Shown piece after piece: positions 36,262-47,966 of a stretch of DNA of 64,000 nt (position 1 is the stretch's first letter; the number at the start of each line of letters is the position of its first letter). Under the pieces are notes generated by a model. The model saw only the letters and a program-made list of their open reading frames with translations, was not told where the DNA came from and did no database searches. The DNA comes from Desulfurellaceae bacterium (lineage in GTDB: Bacteria > Desulfobacterota > Binatia > Bin18), in the NCBI GenBank assembly GCA_021296095.1, contig JAGWBB010000001.1, forward strand, positions 20,116-84,115, in the 5' to 3' direction. A program made the position numbers and the translations under genes.

Positions 36262-36702
36262 ATGCCCCTCGATATACCGCCAGCCAAAGCCGGTGTTGTG
36301 GCCACCCGCCCCACGGCCACAGCCGAGCCTGAGGTGTTGCTGATCACCAGCCGCAAACATCCCCACAGCTGGATTTTTCCGGTCGGCACGGTTGAGCCGG
36401 GAGAAAATCTGGAGCGGGCAGCCGCCCGGGAGTGTGCCGAGGAGAGTGGCTATACGGTTGAGGTCGGACGCCTGTTAGCCACGCTCAGGTTGGCGGGTGA
36501 GGCTGGCGGAGCGGCGCAGCCATTTTTTTTCTTTGCCGCCAGCGTCGCCGGCGAGTGTACGACGTATGAAACCGACCGCCAGCGGTGCTGGGTCGGGCTG
36601 TCACAGCTCGTCGAGGCTGTGGCCGAGGTGTTCAGCCCGGTGGCCCGGGCCGCGGTGGAACACTGGACTTCAGACAGACCGTCCGTCGCTCGCACGCCCT
36701 AG
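36262..36702 (+). CDS. NUDIX hydrolase
   Basis: Nudix box 'GTVEPGENLERAAARECAEESG'. Confidence 0.8.
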   Translation: MPLDIPPAKAGVVATRPTATAEPEVLLITSRKHPHSWIFPVGTVEPGENLERAAARECAEESGYTVEVGRLLATLRLAGEAGGAAQPFFFFAASVAGECTTYETDRQRCWVGLSQLVEAVAEVFSPVARAAVEHWTSDRPSVARTP

Positions 36703-36737
36703 CTTCAGACCCGCCCCCGTCCGTGTGACGGACTCGC

Positions 36738-38438
36738 CTATTCTTGGGTCACCCGCAGGACTTCGGCCACCGTTGTCAGGCCCTGACTCACCGTCCGCCA
36801 GCCGTCGTCGCGCAGGACGCGCATGCCTTGGGCGGCAGTGGACCGGTTCTTAATTATGTCGGCCGAGGCGCGTTTGAGAATCAGCGGGCGGATGTCTTCA
36901 TCGACAGACATCAGCTCAAAGATGCCCCGCCGACCGTGATAGCCGGTGTTGGCGCAGGCCTCACAGCCGACCGCTTCATAGGTCAGAGACGGAGCGGACG
37001 ACACGCCGTTGGCAACGCCGTTTGACCCGAGCCCATGCCCCTCAAACCCCACCCCGCTATGGCTGGGACGGCGGCACTGGCGGCATAATGAGCGGACCAG
37101 GCGCTGGGCCATCACCCCCAGCAGCGAGGAGGCCAACAGATAGTCCTCAACCCCCATCTCCAGGAGCCGGGTGATAGCCCCAGCGGCATCGTTGGTGTGC
37201 AGGGTCGAGAACACCAGATGACCGGTCAGCGCGGACTGGATGGCAATCTCAGCGGTTTCATAGTCACGAATCTCACCGATCATAATGACGTCCGGGTCCT
37301 GGCGCACGATGGAACGCAGCCCCGAGGCAAAGCTGAGGCCGATTTGGGGTTTGACGTGGACCTGGTTGACACCGCTCAGCTGGTACTCGACCGGGTCCTC
37401 GATGGTAATGATCTTTTTGTCTGGAGAGTTGATTTTGTCCAAAGCCCCGTACAGCGTAGTCGTTTTTCCGCTCCCGGTCGGTCCCGTCACCAGGATCATG
37501 CCGTAGGGCTTGGCAATCAGGGCCTCGAACAACTCCAGGGTATCGGCCGGAAAGCCTAAGGATTCGAGGCTGAGCGTAATACTGGAGCGGTCGAGAATAC
37601 GCAGGACAACGCTCTCTCCGTACAGCGTCGGCAGGGTCGAGACCCGCAGGTCCACCTCACGGCCGAGCATGCGCAGCTTGATCCGCCCGTCCTGGGGCAG
37701 GCGGCGTTCGGCGATATTCAGCTTGGCCATCAGCTTGACGCGCGAGATGAGGGCGGCCTGCATCCAGCGCGGCGGAGACTCGATATCGTGCAAGATGCCG
37801 TCAATGCGGTAGCGGACCCGCAGTTCCTTTTCAAACGGCTCAATGTGGATATCTGAGGCGCGCTGTTCCATGGCCCGAGAGATCATGACGTTGACGAGGC
37901 GGATGACCGGGGCCTCGCTGGCCAGGTCGCGCAGGTGGGCGACAACGTCCTGATCCTCTTCGAGATAGCCGCCCTCCCCGTTGTTCGCTTCCAGACCGTC
38001 GGGCGACCCGTCTCCCTCGGTGTCGTAGGCGCTCAGTGCGTCAAGCAGCTCACGTTCGCGCGCCAGCCGGCGCACCACACGCAGACCGGTCGCCTTCTCC
38101 AGGGCTTCGATCGTGTCGACATCCCCCGGATCGGCCATGGCAGCGACGAGCTGGCCGTCCTCGACACGCAGCGGGCAGATGCGTGCCTGACGAAAATAGG
38201 CCGGGTTAATAGAGTCGAGGGCGGGAGGATCTTGCGGAAAGTCGCGCACTCCGATCAGCGGCGCCCGGTAGTAGTCGGCCAGCACGGGCAGCAGATCGTC
38301 CTCGGACATGAAACCGAGTTCGAGCAGCAGACGTTCCATGGGTTCGCCACGTTGCTGCTGGACCAGCTGGACCCGACGCAGATCGTCGGAGGACAGCTTG
38401 CCGGTCGCCAGTAGCAACTCATCGAGCCGACTCATCAC
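36738..38438 (-). CDS. type II secretion / type IV pilus assembly ATPase (GspE/PilB family)
   Basis: N-terminal GSPII_E_N domain; Walker A 'LVTGPTGSGKTTT'; tetracysteine 'CRQCRRP...CEACANTGYHGRRG'. Confidence 0.85.
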   Translation of the reverse strand: MMSRLDELLLATGKLSSDDLRRVQLVQQQRGEPMERLLLELGFMSEDDLLPVLADYYRAPLIGVRDFPQDPPALDSINPAYFRQARICPLRVEDGQLVAAMADPGDVDTIEALEKATGLRVVRRLARERELLDALSAYDTEGDGSPDGLEANNGEGGYLEEDQDVVAHLRDLASEAPVIRLVNVMISRAMEQRASDIHIEPFEKELRVRYRIDGILHDIESPPRWMQAALISRVKLMAKLNIAERRLPQDGRIKLRMLGREVDLRVSTLPTLYGESVVLRILDRSSITLSLESLGFPADTLELFEALIAKPYGMILVTGPTGSGKTTTLYGALDKINSPDKKIITIEDPVEYQLSGVNQVHVKPQIGLSFASGLRSIVRQDPDVIMIGEIRDYETAEIAIQSALTGHLVFSTLHTNDAAGAITRLLEMGVEDYLLASSLLGVMAQRLVRSLCRQCRRPSHSGVGFEGHGLGSNGVANGVSSAPSLTYEAVGCEACANTGYHGRRGIFELMSVDEDIRPLILKRASADIIKNRSTAAQGMRVLRDDGWRTVSQGLTTVAEVLRVTQE

Positions 38439-38446
38439 GCACCGCC

Positions 38447-39142
38447 CTAGTCAATCAGCGATCCCAGGCGCTCCCAGCGCACCCAGCGGTCGGTCCCGTC
38501 CCAGGACCAGTAGATCAGAAAGGCTTTGCCCTTGACATCGTGCACATCGACGAAGCCCCAAAACCGGCTGTCGTGGCTGTGGTCGCGGTTATCACCCATC
38601 ACAAACAGCCGGTTGGCCGGGACGCGAATCGGCCCAACGTTATCGCGTGGCCCCGGCCGTTCCTGATCGGCTTCGGCGAAGGTGGCGTACGGCTCGTCGG
38701 CCGGCCGGCCGTTGATGAGCAGTTGTTTATGCCGGATCTCGACCGTATCTCCACCAACCGCCACCACCCGTTTGATGAAGTCTTTGCTGCTGTCTTTGGG
38801 GTAGACAAAGACAATGACGTCACCGCGCCGGGGTTGCCCCCACAGGACGAGGGGCAGATCGAGAGGGTACGGCAGACGCAGCCCGTACAGAAACTTGTTG
38901 ACCAGGATGTGATCGCCGACCTGGAGGGTTGTCAGCATCGAACCCGAGGGGATTTTAAAGGCTTGGACGATGAAGCTGCGGATGAATAGGGCCAGCAGCA
39001 GGGCCACCAGCAGGGCTTCGGTATATTCCCGGACAACGGATTTTTGCCTGAGCTTGGCCCGCGAGGCGGCCACCGGCTTGTCTCCGGCAGTCGGAGGGTC
39101 CGGCTCGAAGGCGACCCGTGCGGACGGTTTGTGCTTGGCCAT
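38447..39142 (-). CDS. lepB: signal peptidase I
   Basis: 'IPSGSMLTTLQVGDHILVNKF' catalytic Ser box and 'GDNRDHSHDSR' box E. Confidence 0.85.
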   Translation of the reverse strand: MAKHKPSARVAFEPDPPTAGDKPVAASRAKLRQKSVVREYTEALLVALLLALFIRSFIVQAFKIPSGSMLTTLQVGDHILVNKFLYGLRLPYPLDLPLVLWGQPRRGDVIVFVYPKDSSKDFIKRVVAVGGDTVEIRHKQLLINGRPADEPYATFAEADQERPGPRDNVGPIRVPANRLFVMGDNRDHSHDSRFWGFVDVHDVKGKAFLIYWSWDGTDRWVRWERLGSLID

Positions 39143-39183
39143 AGCCCGCCTAGCGCCCCCGGCACAGACCGTTGGCAAAAGGT

Positions 39184-39223
39184 AAACGAGGATCTCTGCT
39201 CGACGCGGTGGTCATCATCGTTC
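39184..39223. repeat. degenerate copy of GTGAACGATGATC-type palindromic intergenic element at the lepA/lepB junction
   Basis: AAACGAGGATCTCT ... GGTCATCATCGTTCC, followed by a T-run; compare the copies at 46205-46307 and 49963-50008. Confidence 0.3.
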
Positions 39224-41026
39224 CCCTTTTTCGCCAACCCGCAGCAGAGCCAGAAAAGCGTCCTGGGGAATCTCAACCCGTCCGACTTGCTTCATACGCC
39301 GCTTCCCCTCTTTTTGCTTTTCTAGCAGTTTTCGCTTACGGGTAATATCCCCTCCGTAGCACTTGGCGGTGACGTTTTTGCGCAGGGCTTTGACGCTTTC
39401 ACGGGCGATGACCTTGTTGCCGATGGCCGCCTGGACCGCCACCTCAAACATCTGGCGCGGAATCAGCTGGCGCATTTTCTGGACCAGCTCACGCCCCCGG
39501 CTGTAGGCTTGATCGCGGTGGACGATCAGCGACAGGGCATCCACGATGTCGCCGTTGATGCGCACGTCGAGCTTGACCAGATCGGCCGGCCGGAGGTCAA
39601 GCAACTCGTAGTCGAGCGACGCATAGCCCCGGGTGACCGACTTGAGGCGGTCGTGGAAGTCAACCACGACCTCATTGAGCGGCAGCTCGTACAGCACCAT
39701 GACGCGTTGGGGGGCTGGGTATTTCAGCTCGCGCTGGACGCCACGCCGTTCCTGACACAGCTGCAGGACGTTGCCGAGATAATCGGTCGGGACGTGGATG
39801 GTGGCCAGAATGAACGGCTCTTCAAGCGCCGCAATCTCCTGGACCGGGGGCAATAGCGCCGGATTATCGACGAGCAGCGAGTCGCCGTCCAGCGTCCGCA
39901 CCCGGTATTCAACCGTCGGCGTGGTGGTGATCAGATCCAGACCAAACTCACGTTCCACGCGCTCCTGGACGATTTCCATGTGCAGCAGGCCCAAAAAACC
40001 GCACCGGAAGCCAAACCCGAGCGCCAAAGAACTCTCTTTTTCATAGCTCAGCGAGGAGTCGTTCAGCCGGAGTTTTTCCATGGCATCGCGTAGCGCGTCA
40101 TACTGGTGGGACTCGACCGGATAGAGGCCGCTGAACACCATCGGCTTGACCTCCTTGAAGCCGGGCAAGGGCTGTCGGGTCGGTCGCTCAGCGTCGGTAA
40201 TCGTATCCCCGACCCGGGCCTCGGTCACCGTCTTGATGTTGGCCATCACAAAGCCCACCTCGCCGGGCCCCAGCGCGGACACGGCCAGCGGCCGCGGGGC
40301 AAACACGCCGATCTGGCCGACCTCGTAGACCATGCCGGTTGATACGAACTGGATGCGCATCCCGGCCCGCAGCACGCCGTCAAAGACACGCACCTGGACC
40401 ACCGCTCCCTGGTAGGGGTCAAACCAGCTATCGAACACCAGGGCGCTGAGCGGCCGCCGGGCGTTGCCCTGAGGCGGGGGAACCGTCTGGACAATCCCTT
40501 CCAGCACGTCGAGAATCCCGCGTCCGTGTTTGGCGCTGGCCAGAACGGCCTCGCTGCCGTCCAGACCGATCACGTCCTCCAATTCGGCTCGCACGCGCTC
40601 GGGGTCGGCGCTAGGCAGGTCTATTTTGTTGATGACCGGCAGAATTTCCAGCGAGTGGTCCAGGGCCAGATAGGTATTGGCCAGGGTCTGGGCTTCCACC
40701 CCCTGGACGGCATCAACAACCAGAACGGCGCCCTCGCACGCCGACAGGCTACGCGAGACCTCATAGGAAAAGTCAACATGGCCGGGGGTATCGATCAGAT
40801 TCAGGCAGTAGGTCTCGCCGTCCTGGGCCTGGTAGCCGAGGCGCACCGTCCGCGCCTTAATCGTAATCCCCCGCTCCTGCTCCAGATCCATGGTATCCAG
40901 AAACTGGGTCGCCTCTTCGCGTTCGCTGATTGAGCCCGAATATGACAGCAGCTTGTCGGCCAGCGTCGATTTGCCGTGATCGATGTGGGCGACAATGCTG
41001 AAGTTGCGAATCAGGCTGCTGTTCAT
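39215..41026 (-). CDS. lepA: translation elongation factor 4
   Basis: '[22 protein letters not shown]' and full-length LepA pattern. Confidence 0.95.
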   Translation of the reverse strand: MNSSLIRNFSIVAHIDHGKSTLADKLLSYSGSISEREEATQFLDTMDLEQERGITIKARTVRLGYQAQDGETYCLNLIDTPGHVDFSYEVSRSLSACEGAVLVVDAVQGVEAQTLANTYLALDHSLEILPVINKIDLPSADPERVRAELEDVIGLDGSEAVLASAKHGRGILDVLEGIVQTVPPPQGNARRPLSALVFDSWFDPYQGAVVQVRVFDGVLRAGMRIQFVSTGMVYEVGQIGVFAPRPLAVSALGPGEVGFVMANIKTVTEARVGDTITDAERPTRQPLPGFKEVKPMVFSGLYPVESHQYDALRDAMEKLRLNDSSLSYEKESSLALGFGFRCGFLGLLHMEIVQERVEREFGLDLITTTPTVEYRVRTLDGDSLLVDNPALLPPVQEIAALEEPFILATIHVPTDYLGNVLQLCQERRGVQRELKYPAPQRVMVLYELPLNEVVVDFHDRLKSVTRGYASLDYELLDLRPADLVKLDVRINGDIVDALSLIVHRDQAYSRGRELVQKMRQLIPRQMFEVAVQAAIGNKVIARESVKALRKNVTAKCYGGDITRKRKLLEKQKEGKRRMKQVGRVEIPQDAFLALLRVGEKGER

Positions 41027-41035
41027 GGAATCCCG

Positions 41036-41962
41036 CTATCCGTCCTGGCGGTCTCGAAAGAAGGCCACCGTCCGCTCCAGCCCATCGACAACCGCGACCT
41101 GCGGACGCCAGCCCAGTATCTGCGCGGCGCGATCCCCGGCCAGGACACTCCGGCGTTGCTCTCCGGCTTGGGCTGGTCCGTGTTGCTCGGCGGCGTCGGC
41201 CCCGGTCAGGCGACGCAACTGCCGAAACAGCGTGTTAACGCTGGTCTCCCGTCCAGTACCAATATTCAGCGCGCCCGTATAGTCCACTCCCAGCGCCGCC
41301 ACGTTCGCCCGCGCAACGTCGTGGACAAACACGTAGTCGCGCGTCTGCTCGCCGTCGCCATGAATCACCGGCTGTTCTCCGGCCAGCAGGCGCTGGCTGA
41401 AAATCGCCACCACCCCGGCCTCGCCGTGCGGGTCCTGGCGCGGTCCGTAGATGTTGGCGTAGCGCAGCGCAACATACGGCAGCCCGTATGCGGCATGATA
41501 AAAAGACAAATACTGCTCGCCGCTGAGCTTGCTCACGCCGTAGGGGCTGATCGGCCGGGTAGGATGACTCTCATCGGCCGGAAACACCTGCTGCTCACCG
41601 TACACCGTTCCGCCCGATGAGGCAAAGATGATCTTGCCCACCCCGGCCTGGCGGGCTCCTTCGAGCACGTTCAGCAGGCCGAGGATATTCACCCGGGCGT
41701 CAAACAGCGGATCGGCCACCGAACGCCGCACGTCCATCTGCGCGGCGTGGTGGTTGACGACCTCGACTTTTTCTTCACGCAGCAGGCGCCGCACGTCCGG
41801 GTCTTGAATGGCGGCTCGGACAAAATGCGCCCGGGGGTGGAGGTTTTCGCGCTTGCCGGTCGATAGGTCGTCAACCACAACAACCGCATGGCCGGCCGCA
41901 ATATAGGCGTCCACAACATGGGAGCCGATGAACCCCGCCCCCCCGGTCACCAGAATCCGCAT
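41036..41962 (-). CDS. NAD-dependent nucleotide-sugar 4-epimerase (GalE/UDP-GlcA or UDP-Xyl 4-epimerase family)
   Basis: '[17 protein letters not shown]' Rossmann motif; catalytic 'YGVSKL'; trimmed to MRILV. Confidence 0.75.
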   Translation of the reverse strand: MRILVTGGAGFIGSHVVDAYIAAGHAVVVVDDLSTGKRENLHPRAHFVRAAIQDPDVRRLLREEKVEVVNHHAAQMDVRRSVADPLFDARVNILGLLNVLEGARQAGVGKIIFASSGGTVYGEQQVFPADESHPTRPISPYGVSKLSGEQYLSFYHAAYGLPYVALRYANIYGPRQDPHGEAGVVAIFSQRLLAGEQPVIHGDGEQTRDYVFVHDVARANVAALGVDYTGALNIGTGRETSVNTLFRQLRRLTGADAAEQHGPAQAGEQRRSVLAGDRAAQILGWRPQVAVVDGLERTVAFFRDRQDG

Positions 41963-41988
41963 ACCTGCTCCTCCTGTCCCGCCCCCGC

Positions 41989-42930
<942 letters not shown>

Positions 42931-42937
42931 GGCCGCC

Positions 42938-44278
42938 TCAGGCTGCGGACGCCGTATCCGGGGAGGTATGGCCGACGGCCCGGCGGCCGACCGCATAGTA
43001 GCGAAAGCCCGCCTGGGCCATCATCCTCGGCTCGTACAGGTTGCGGCCGTCAAAAATGATCGGCGTCTTCATCACCGCCCGCATACGGGCAAAGTCCGGC
43101 CGCCGAAACTCGTTCCACTCGGTGACAATCAGCAGGGCATCCGCCCCGTCCAGAGCCTCGTAATTGCCCCGGTGGTAGGACACACGCGCGCCAAACAGCT
43201 GACGCGCCCGGTCGAGCGCCTCCGGGTCGTGCACCGCCAGGCTGGCCCCGGCGGCCAACAGCGCCTCAATGATGACCAGCGACGGGGCTTCGCGCATATC
43301 GTCGGTGCGGGGCTTGAAGGCCAAGCCCCAGATGGCCAGCTTGCGTCCGCTGAGATCGGAGCCGAAGGTCTGCTGGACCTTGTCCACCAACAGCCGCTTC
43401 TGCCGAGCATTGACCGCCTCAACGGCCTTCAGCAACGAGAAGTCCACGCCGTGGTGTTCAGCCGTCCGGATGACGGCCTGCACGTCTTTGGGAAAGCACG
43501 AGCCACCGTAGCCGACGCCGGGAAACAGAAAGGCGTGCCCAATCCGCCGATCAGATCCCATGCCGCGCCGCACCTCGGCCACGTCGGCCCCGATTTCTTC
43601 GCATAGCCGAGCGATTTCGTTAATAAACGAAATGCGGGTGGCCAGAAACGCGTTGGCCGCGTACTTGGTCATTTCTGCGCTGCGGTTATCCATGACCAGG
43701 ATCGGATTGTCGGTGCGGACAAACGGAGCGTACAGCTCTTGCAGAACGGACAGGGCGCGCTCGTCGGCGCCGCCCAGGACAACCCGGTCGGGCTTCATGA
43801 AGTCTTCAACGGCCGCCCCTTCCTTGAGAAACTCGGGATTCGAGATAATGTCAAACGGATGCTCGGTGAGCGCCGCCATCGTCTGCTGGACCGTCTGAGC
43901 CGTCCCAACCGGGACCGTACTCTTGAGGACGATAATCCGATAGCCCGGCATGGCACCGGCAATGCTCCGAGCGGCCTCGACCACCATCTGGACATCGGCC
44001 GACCCGTCGCCATCAGACGGCGTGCCCACGGCGATAAAGCACACCAGACTGTCCTTGACCGCCGCAGCCAGGTCGGTCGAAAACCGCAGCCGGCCGTCCG
44101 CAGCGTTGCGTCGCAGCAGCTCGGCCAGACCGGGTTCGTAGATCGGCACCTGGCCGGCGTTCAGCTCGGCGATCTTGTGCCGGTCGATATCCACACACAC
44201 CACCTCATTGCCGCTCTCGGCAAAACAGGTTCCCGCCACCAGTCCCACATAGCCGGTCCCAATAACACACAGCCGCAT
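42938..44278 (-). CDS. ugd: UDP-glucose 6-dehydrogenase
   Basis: '[32 protein letters not shown]' and catalytic 'GGSCFPKD'. Confidence 0.9.
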   Translation of the reverse strand: MRLCVIGTGYVGLVAGTCFAESGNEVVCVDIDRHKIAELNAGQVPIYEPGLAELLRRNAADGRLRFSTDLAAAVKDSLVCFIAVGTPSDGDGSADVQMVVEAARSIAGAMPGYRIIVLKSTVPVGTAQTVQQTMAALTEHPFDIISNPEFLKEGAAVEDFMKPDRVVLGGADERALSVLQELYAPFVRTDNPILVMDNRSAEMTKYAANAFLATRISFINEIARLCEEIGADVAEVRRGMGSDRRIGHAFLFPGVGYGGSCFPKDVQAVIRTAEHHGVDFSLLKAVEAVNARQKRLLVDKVQQTFGSDLSGRKLAIWGLAFKPRTDDMREAPSLVIIEALLAAGASLAVHDPEALDRARQLFGARVSYHRGNYEALDGADALLIVTEWNEFRRPDFARMRAVMKTPIIFDGRNLYEPRMMAQAGFRYYAVGRRAVGHTSPDTASAA

Positions 44279-44315
44279 AGTCTCTCCTGCTCCCGGAGCC
44301 GCTGACTCCCGGTTC

Positions 44316-45323
44316 TCATTCCAACACGTCTTTAATCCAGTAGATGGGCTTCTCCTGGCTCTCGTGATAGGTGCGAACCAGCATCTCGCCGATCAACCCC
44401 ATGGTCAGGAACTGGACACCGGTCACGATCAGCAGCAGACCGAGCAGCAGCAGGGGACGGTTGGACAGCTCAACCGCGAAAAACAGACGCTGCACCCCCA
44501 AGACGGTCGTAATGAGGCCGCCGACCACCAGCGACACAAAGCCCAGCAAGCCGAACAAATGGCTCGGGCGGGTGGCATAGCTCGAAAGAAACTTGACCGT
44601 CAAGAGATCCAGGATCACCCACAGGGTCCGCGCCAGACCGTACTTGGAAGTGCCACGGGTGCGCGGATGATGGGTGACCGGCATCTCGGTAATCGTCGCC
44701 CCCAGATCGCGGGCCAGGGCTGGGATGAAGCGGTGCATCTCGCCGTACAGCTTCAGGTCTTTGGCGATATGACGACGGAAGGCTTTGAGGGTACAGCCGT
44801 AGTCGTGCAACTTGACCTGGGTCAGCAGCGAGATCACCCAGTTGGCAATCTGGGACGGCAGGCGGCGCTGCCAAAACGGATCCTGCCGATCAACCCGCCA
44901 GCCGTTGACCAGATCGTAGCCCTCGTTGAGCTTGGCCACGAGCCTGGGGATATCGGCCGGATCGTTTTGCAGGTCGCCGTCCAGCGACACAATCACCTCG
45001 CCCCGGGCATGGGCGAAGGCGGCCGCCAAGGCGGCCGTTTGGCCAAAATTTCGCCGAAAGCGCACGACTTTCAGCCAGCTGTAGGCCTGATGCAACTCAA
45101 CCAGGATGTCGGCACTGCCATCGCTGCTGCCGTCATCGACCATGATCACCTCGTGGCTCCAGCTGCTTGCCGACAAGACCTCGGACAGGGTCTGACACAG
45201 CGGCCGCAGATTCTCGGCCTCGTTGTAGATCGGCACGACCACCGACAGATATGGCTCTGGGTCGGGGGTGACGGCTGGCGGAGCCGGGGCTGCGGGCTGG
45301 GGCGTCGACGTGTCATGCCTCAT
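44316..45323 (-). CDS. GT2-family polyprenyl-phosphate glycosyltransferase (ArnC/GtrB/DPM1-like) with C-terminal TM helices
   Basis: 'LSVVVPIYNEAENL...MVDDGSSDGS' GT-A DxD region; two C-terminal hydrophobic helices. Confidence 0.75.
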   Translation of the reverse strand: MRHDTSTPQPAAPAPPAVTPDPEPYLSVVVPIYNEAENLRPLCQTLSEVLSASSWSHEVIMVDDGSSDGSADILVELHQAYSWLKVVRFRRNFGQTAALAAAFAHARGEVIVSLDGDLQNDPADIPRLVAKLNEGYDLVNGWRVDRQDPFWQRRLPSQIANWVISLLTQVKLHDYGCTLKAFRRHIAKDLKLYGEMHRFIPALARDLGATITEMPVTHHPRTRGTSKYGLARTLWVILDLLTVKFLSSYATRPSHLFGLLGFVSLVVGGLITTVLGVQRLFFAVELSNRPLLLLGLLLIVTGVQFLTMGLIGEMLVRTYHESQEKPIYWIKDVLE

Positions 45324-45334
45324 GGCTGAGCCGC

Positions 45335-46189
45335 TCAGAGATACTTGCCGATCAAGGGCTCAAGCTCGTGCTTCAACTCGGCCGGAATCAGGCTGCGGTC
45401 GGTGATAATGGCGTCTTTCAGCGCCTGGGCGCAGGCACAGGCCTGACGGTCCGGGAGTTGGGCCGCTGCCTCGCGGACGATCTGCTGGGCGGTCGTGACA
45501 TTCGTGTTGAGAATCGCCAACACCTCCTCAATCACCACGTCACCAGCCTCGGTGTTCCAGCAGTCGTAGTCGGTGGCCAGGGCCAGGTTGGCAAAACACA
45601 ACTCGGCCTCGCGCGCCAGCTTGGCCTCCTGAAGACTGGTCATGCCAATCACATCGGCCCCCCAACTCCGGTACAGAAAAGACTCGGCCCGGGTCGAAAA
45701 CTGGGGCCCCTCCATGCACACATAGGTCCCGCCGACGTGGATCGTCGCCCCGAGTCCGCGGCCGACCTCGGCCAACAGCCCCGACAGCGACGCGCACACC
45801 GGATCGGCAAAAGACACATGGGCAACAAGGCCGCGGCCAAAAAAGGTCCCGATCCGACTCCGGGTCCGATCAATGAACTGATCGGGGATGACCAGATGGC
45901 CGGGCGCAATGTCCTGCTTGAGACTGCCCACCGCCCCGACTCCGACCAGATATTCCACGCCGAGCTTCTTCATTCCGTAGATATTGGCTCTGAAGTTCAA
46001 CTCCGAGGGCAGGATCCGATGGCCCCGACCGTGACGGGGCAGGAAGACCAGCCGCACGTCGCCAAGCTCGCCCACAAAGTAGTCGTCCGAGGGCGCGCCG
46101 AACGGGGTCTCAACCGACACCCAGTGGCCGTTGTTGAGCCCGGTCATCTGGTACAGCCCACTGCCGCCGATTACACCGAGTGTTGCCAT
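45335..46189 (-). CDS. mtnP: S-methyl-5'-thioadenosine phosphorylase / purine nucleoside phosphorylase (PNP-UDP family)
   Basis: 'LGVIGGSGLY...LPRHGRGHRILPSELNFRANI' MTAP-typical; trimmed to MATLGVIGG. Confidence 0.8.
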   Translation of the reverse strand: MATLGVIGGSGLYQMTGLNNGHWVSVETPFGAPSDDYFVGELGDVRLVFLPRHGRGHRILPSELNFRANIYGMKKLGVEYLVGVGAVGSLKQDIAPGHLVIPDQFIDRTRSRIGTFFGRGLVAHVSFADPVCASLSGLLAEVGRGLGATIHVGGTYVCMEGPQFSTRAESFLYRSWGADVIGMTSLQEAKLAREAELCFANLALATDYDCWNTEAGDVVIEEVLAILNTNVTTAQQIVREAAAQLPDRQACACAQALKDAIITDRSLIPAELKHELEPLIGKYL

Positions 46190-46204
46190 GCCTGTGTCCT
46201 CGCA

Positions 46205-46307
46205 AAGTGGACGATGATCTCTTCTCATCAATTGGTTATCACAGTGAACGCTGATATCATTTCGCTCAGAAGGTCATCATCGTTCACTGTGTCATTGTTC
46301 ACTGTGT
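46205..46307. repeat. palindromic intergenic repeat element (GTGGACGATGATCTCTTC ... GGTCATCATCGTTCACTGTG, plus a nested 11-bp IR CACAGTGAACG/CGTTCACTGTG and a direct repeat TTCACTGTG)
   Basis: AT-richer 134-nt spacer between the rlmN stop and mtnP start; shares its core with the copies at 49963-50008 and 39184-39223. Confidence 0.5.
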
Positions 46308-46323
46308 TGTTCCGGACGCGCTA

Positions 46324-47346
46324 TCAGCCCTGGGTCGCCAGCTGGCCGCACGCGGCCAGGACATCTTGGCCGCGGCTTTCGCGTATCGTCGCCAGCACGC
46401 CTTTATCCAACAGGAGCTGGCGAAAACGGTCGATGTGGAGGCGCGGGCTTGACGCAAAATTCGAGCCGGGAAAAGTGTTAAAGGGGATGAGGTTGACCTT
46501 GGCGGGGATGCCGTGCAGCAGTTTGACCAGCCGCCGGGCGTCGGCCAGACCGTCGTTCACCCCGGCCAGCATGGTGTAGGCAAAGGTCAGACGCCGCCGC
46601 GAGCGGGCCGGCAGGCTGCGGCACGCGTCGAGCAGCTGTCCGAGGGGATAGCGGGTGTTGACCGGCATCAGTCTGGTACGCAGTTCATCGGTGGTCGCGC
46701 TCAGCGAGACGGTCAGATTGACCCGGGTCTCGTCCAGCAGACGCTGCATCTGCGGCACCAGCCCGACCGTGGAGACCGTGACGCGGCGGGGAGAAAAACT
46801 GAGTCCCCACTCGGCGGTCAGTACCTCAATGGCTTTCACCACCTGATCGTAGTTGGCCAGCGGTTCGCCCATGCCCATGAACACCACATTGGTCAGTTGC
46901 TGGTCAGCATCCAGCTCGCGCTGGATCTCCCACACCTGAGCGACGATCTCCCCGGCGGTCAGATTCCGCACCGGCCGCATCCGAGCCGTAGCGCAGAACG
47001 CACACCCCATCGCACAGCCAAACTGGGACGAGATGCACAAGGTTTGACGGCCCGGAGCGGGAATCAGGACGCTCTCGATCCGCCGTCCATCGGCCAGACC
47101 AAACAGATATTTGCGGGTCCCGTCGGCAGCCACCGAGGTTCGCACACGGGCCAGACGGCCAATCGAAAAGACCGTGCTCAGGTGCTCCCGCAGGGCGACC
47201 GACACATCGCTCATGTCGGCAAAACTGGCGGTCCCGTGCCGATAGAGCCAGCGCAGGACTTGCCGAGCCCGAAAGGCGGTGTGACCGTTGTCGAGGCACC
47301 ACTGTTCAAGCTCGGCTCGGCTGAGTTCTTTAATGTCGTGTGACAT
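46324..47346 (-). CDS. rlmN: 23S rRNA/tRNA dual-specificity radical SAM methyltransferase RlmN
   Basis: 'CISSQFGCAMGCAFCATA' radical SAM motif and RlmN-typical flanks. Confidence 0.9.
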   Translation of the reverse strand: MSHDIKELSRAELEQWCLDNGHTAFRARQVLRWLYRHGTASFADMSDVSVALREHLSTVFSIGRLARVRTSVAADGTRKYLFGLADGRRIESVLIPAPGRQTLCISSQFGCAMGCAFCATARMRPVRNLTAGEIVAQVWEIQRELDADQQLTNVVFMGMGEPLANYDQVVKAIEVLTAEWGLSFSPRRVTVSTVGLVPQMQRLLDETRVNLTVSLSATTDELRTRLMPVNTRYPLGQLLDACRSLPARSRRRLTFAYTMLAGVNDGLADARRLVKLLHGIPAKVNLIPFNTFPGSNFASSPRLHIDRFRQLLLDKGVLATIRESRGQDVLAACGQLATQG

Positions 47347-47768
47347 TAAGACGTGTGGAGCTCCATCGCACCGAAGAAATAGGCGATTTCCTGACGGGCG
47401 GTGTCCGGCCCGTCGGAGCCGTGGACGGCATTCTTCTCGATATCGGTCGCAAAGTCCTTGCGAATCGTCCCCGGCTCGGCCTCGGCCGGGTTGGTCGCGC
47501 CCATCAGCCGCCGGTTGGTTTGGATAGCGTCCTGACCTTCGAGCACCGAGACCAGAATGGGTCCGGACGACATGAACGTTGTCAGGCTGTCAAAAAAAGG
47601 GCGTTCCTTATGGACGGCGTAAAATCCCTGGGCCTCGGCCTTGCTGAGCTGTAACAGCTTGGCCGCAATGATCTTGAGACCGGCGCGTTCAAACCGACCC
47701 AGAATCTCACCCACAACATTCTTTTGCACGGCGTCCGGCTTGATGATCGACAGGGTACGTTCTTGCAT
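47346..47768 (-). CDS. ndk: nucleoside-diphosphate kinase
   Basis: '[35 protein letters not shown]' and catalytic 'NAVHGSD'. Confidence 0.95.
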   Translation of the reverse strand: MQERTLSIIKPDAVQKNVVGEILGRFERAGLKIIAAKLLQLSKAEAQGFYAVHKERPFFDSLTTFMSSGPILVSVLEGQDAIQTNRRLMGATNPAEAEPGTIRKDFATDIEKNAVHGSDGPDTARQEIAYFFGAMELHTS

Positions 47769-47794
47769 GCTGGTCCTTTCTTCAGCGTCGGGTC

Positions 47795-47823
47795 AGTGTA
47801 GCGGGAGGGCAAAAGGGGGTCAA
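47795..47823 (-). promoter_or_regulatory. candidate sigma-70 promoter for ndk (TTGACC-N17-TACACT)
   Basis: Read on the minus strand: GCGCGTTGACCCCCTTTTGCCCTCCCGCTACACT, then a ~25-nt leader with GAAAGGA RBS before the ndk ATG. Confidence 0.35.
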
Positions 47824-47966
47824 CGCGCGGTGCTGTCCTATTTTGAACTGTAAGCCACTGTTTCTGTTGAGGGAAAAACCTCAAATTAGGACAGTACCCA
47901 ACGCGCCGTCCGTTTCGGAGTCCACCCGTCCGTGCCGTCCCGTTCAGGACAGCGTTCAGGACGGAT

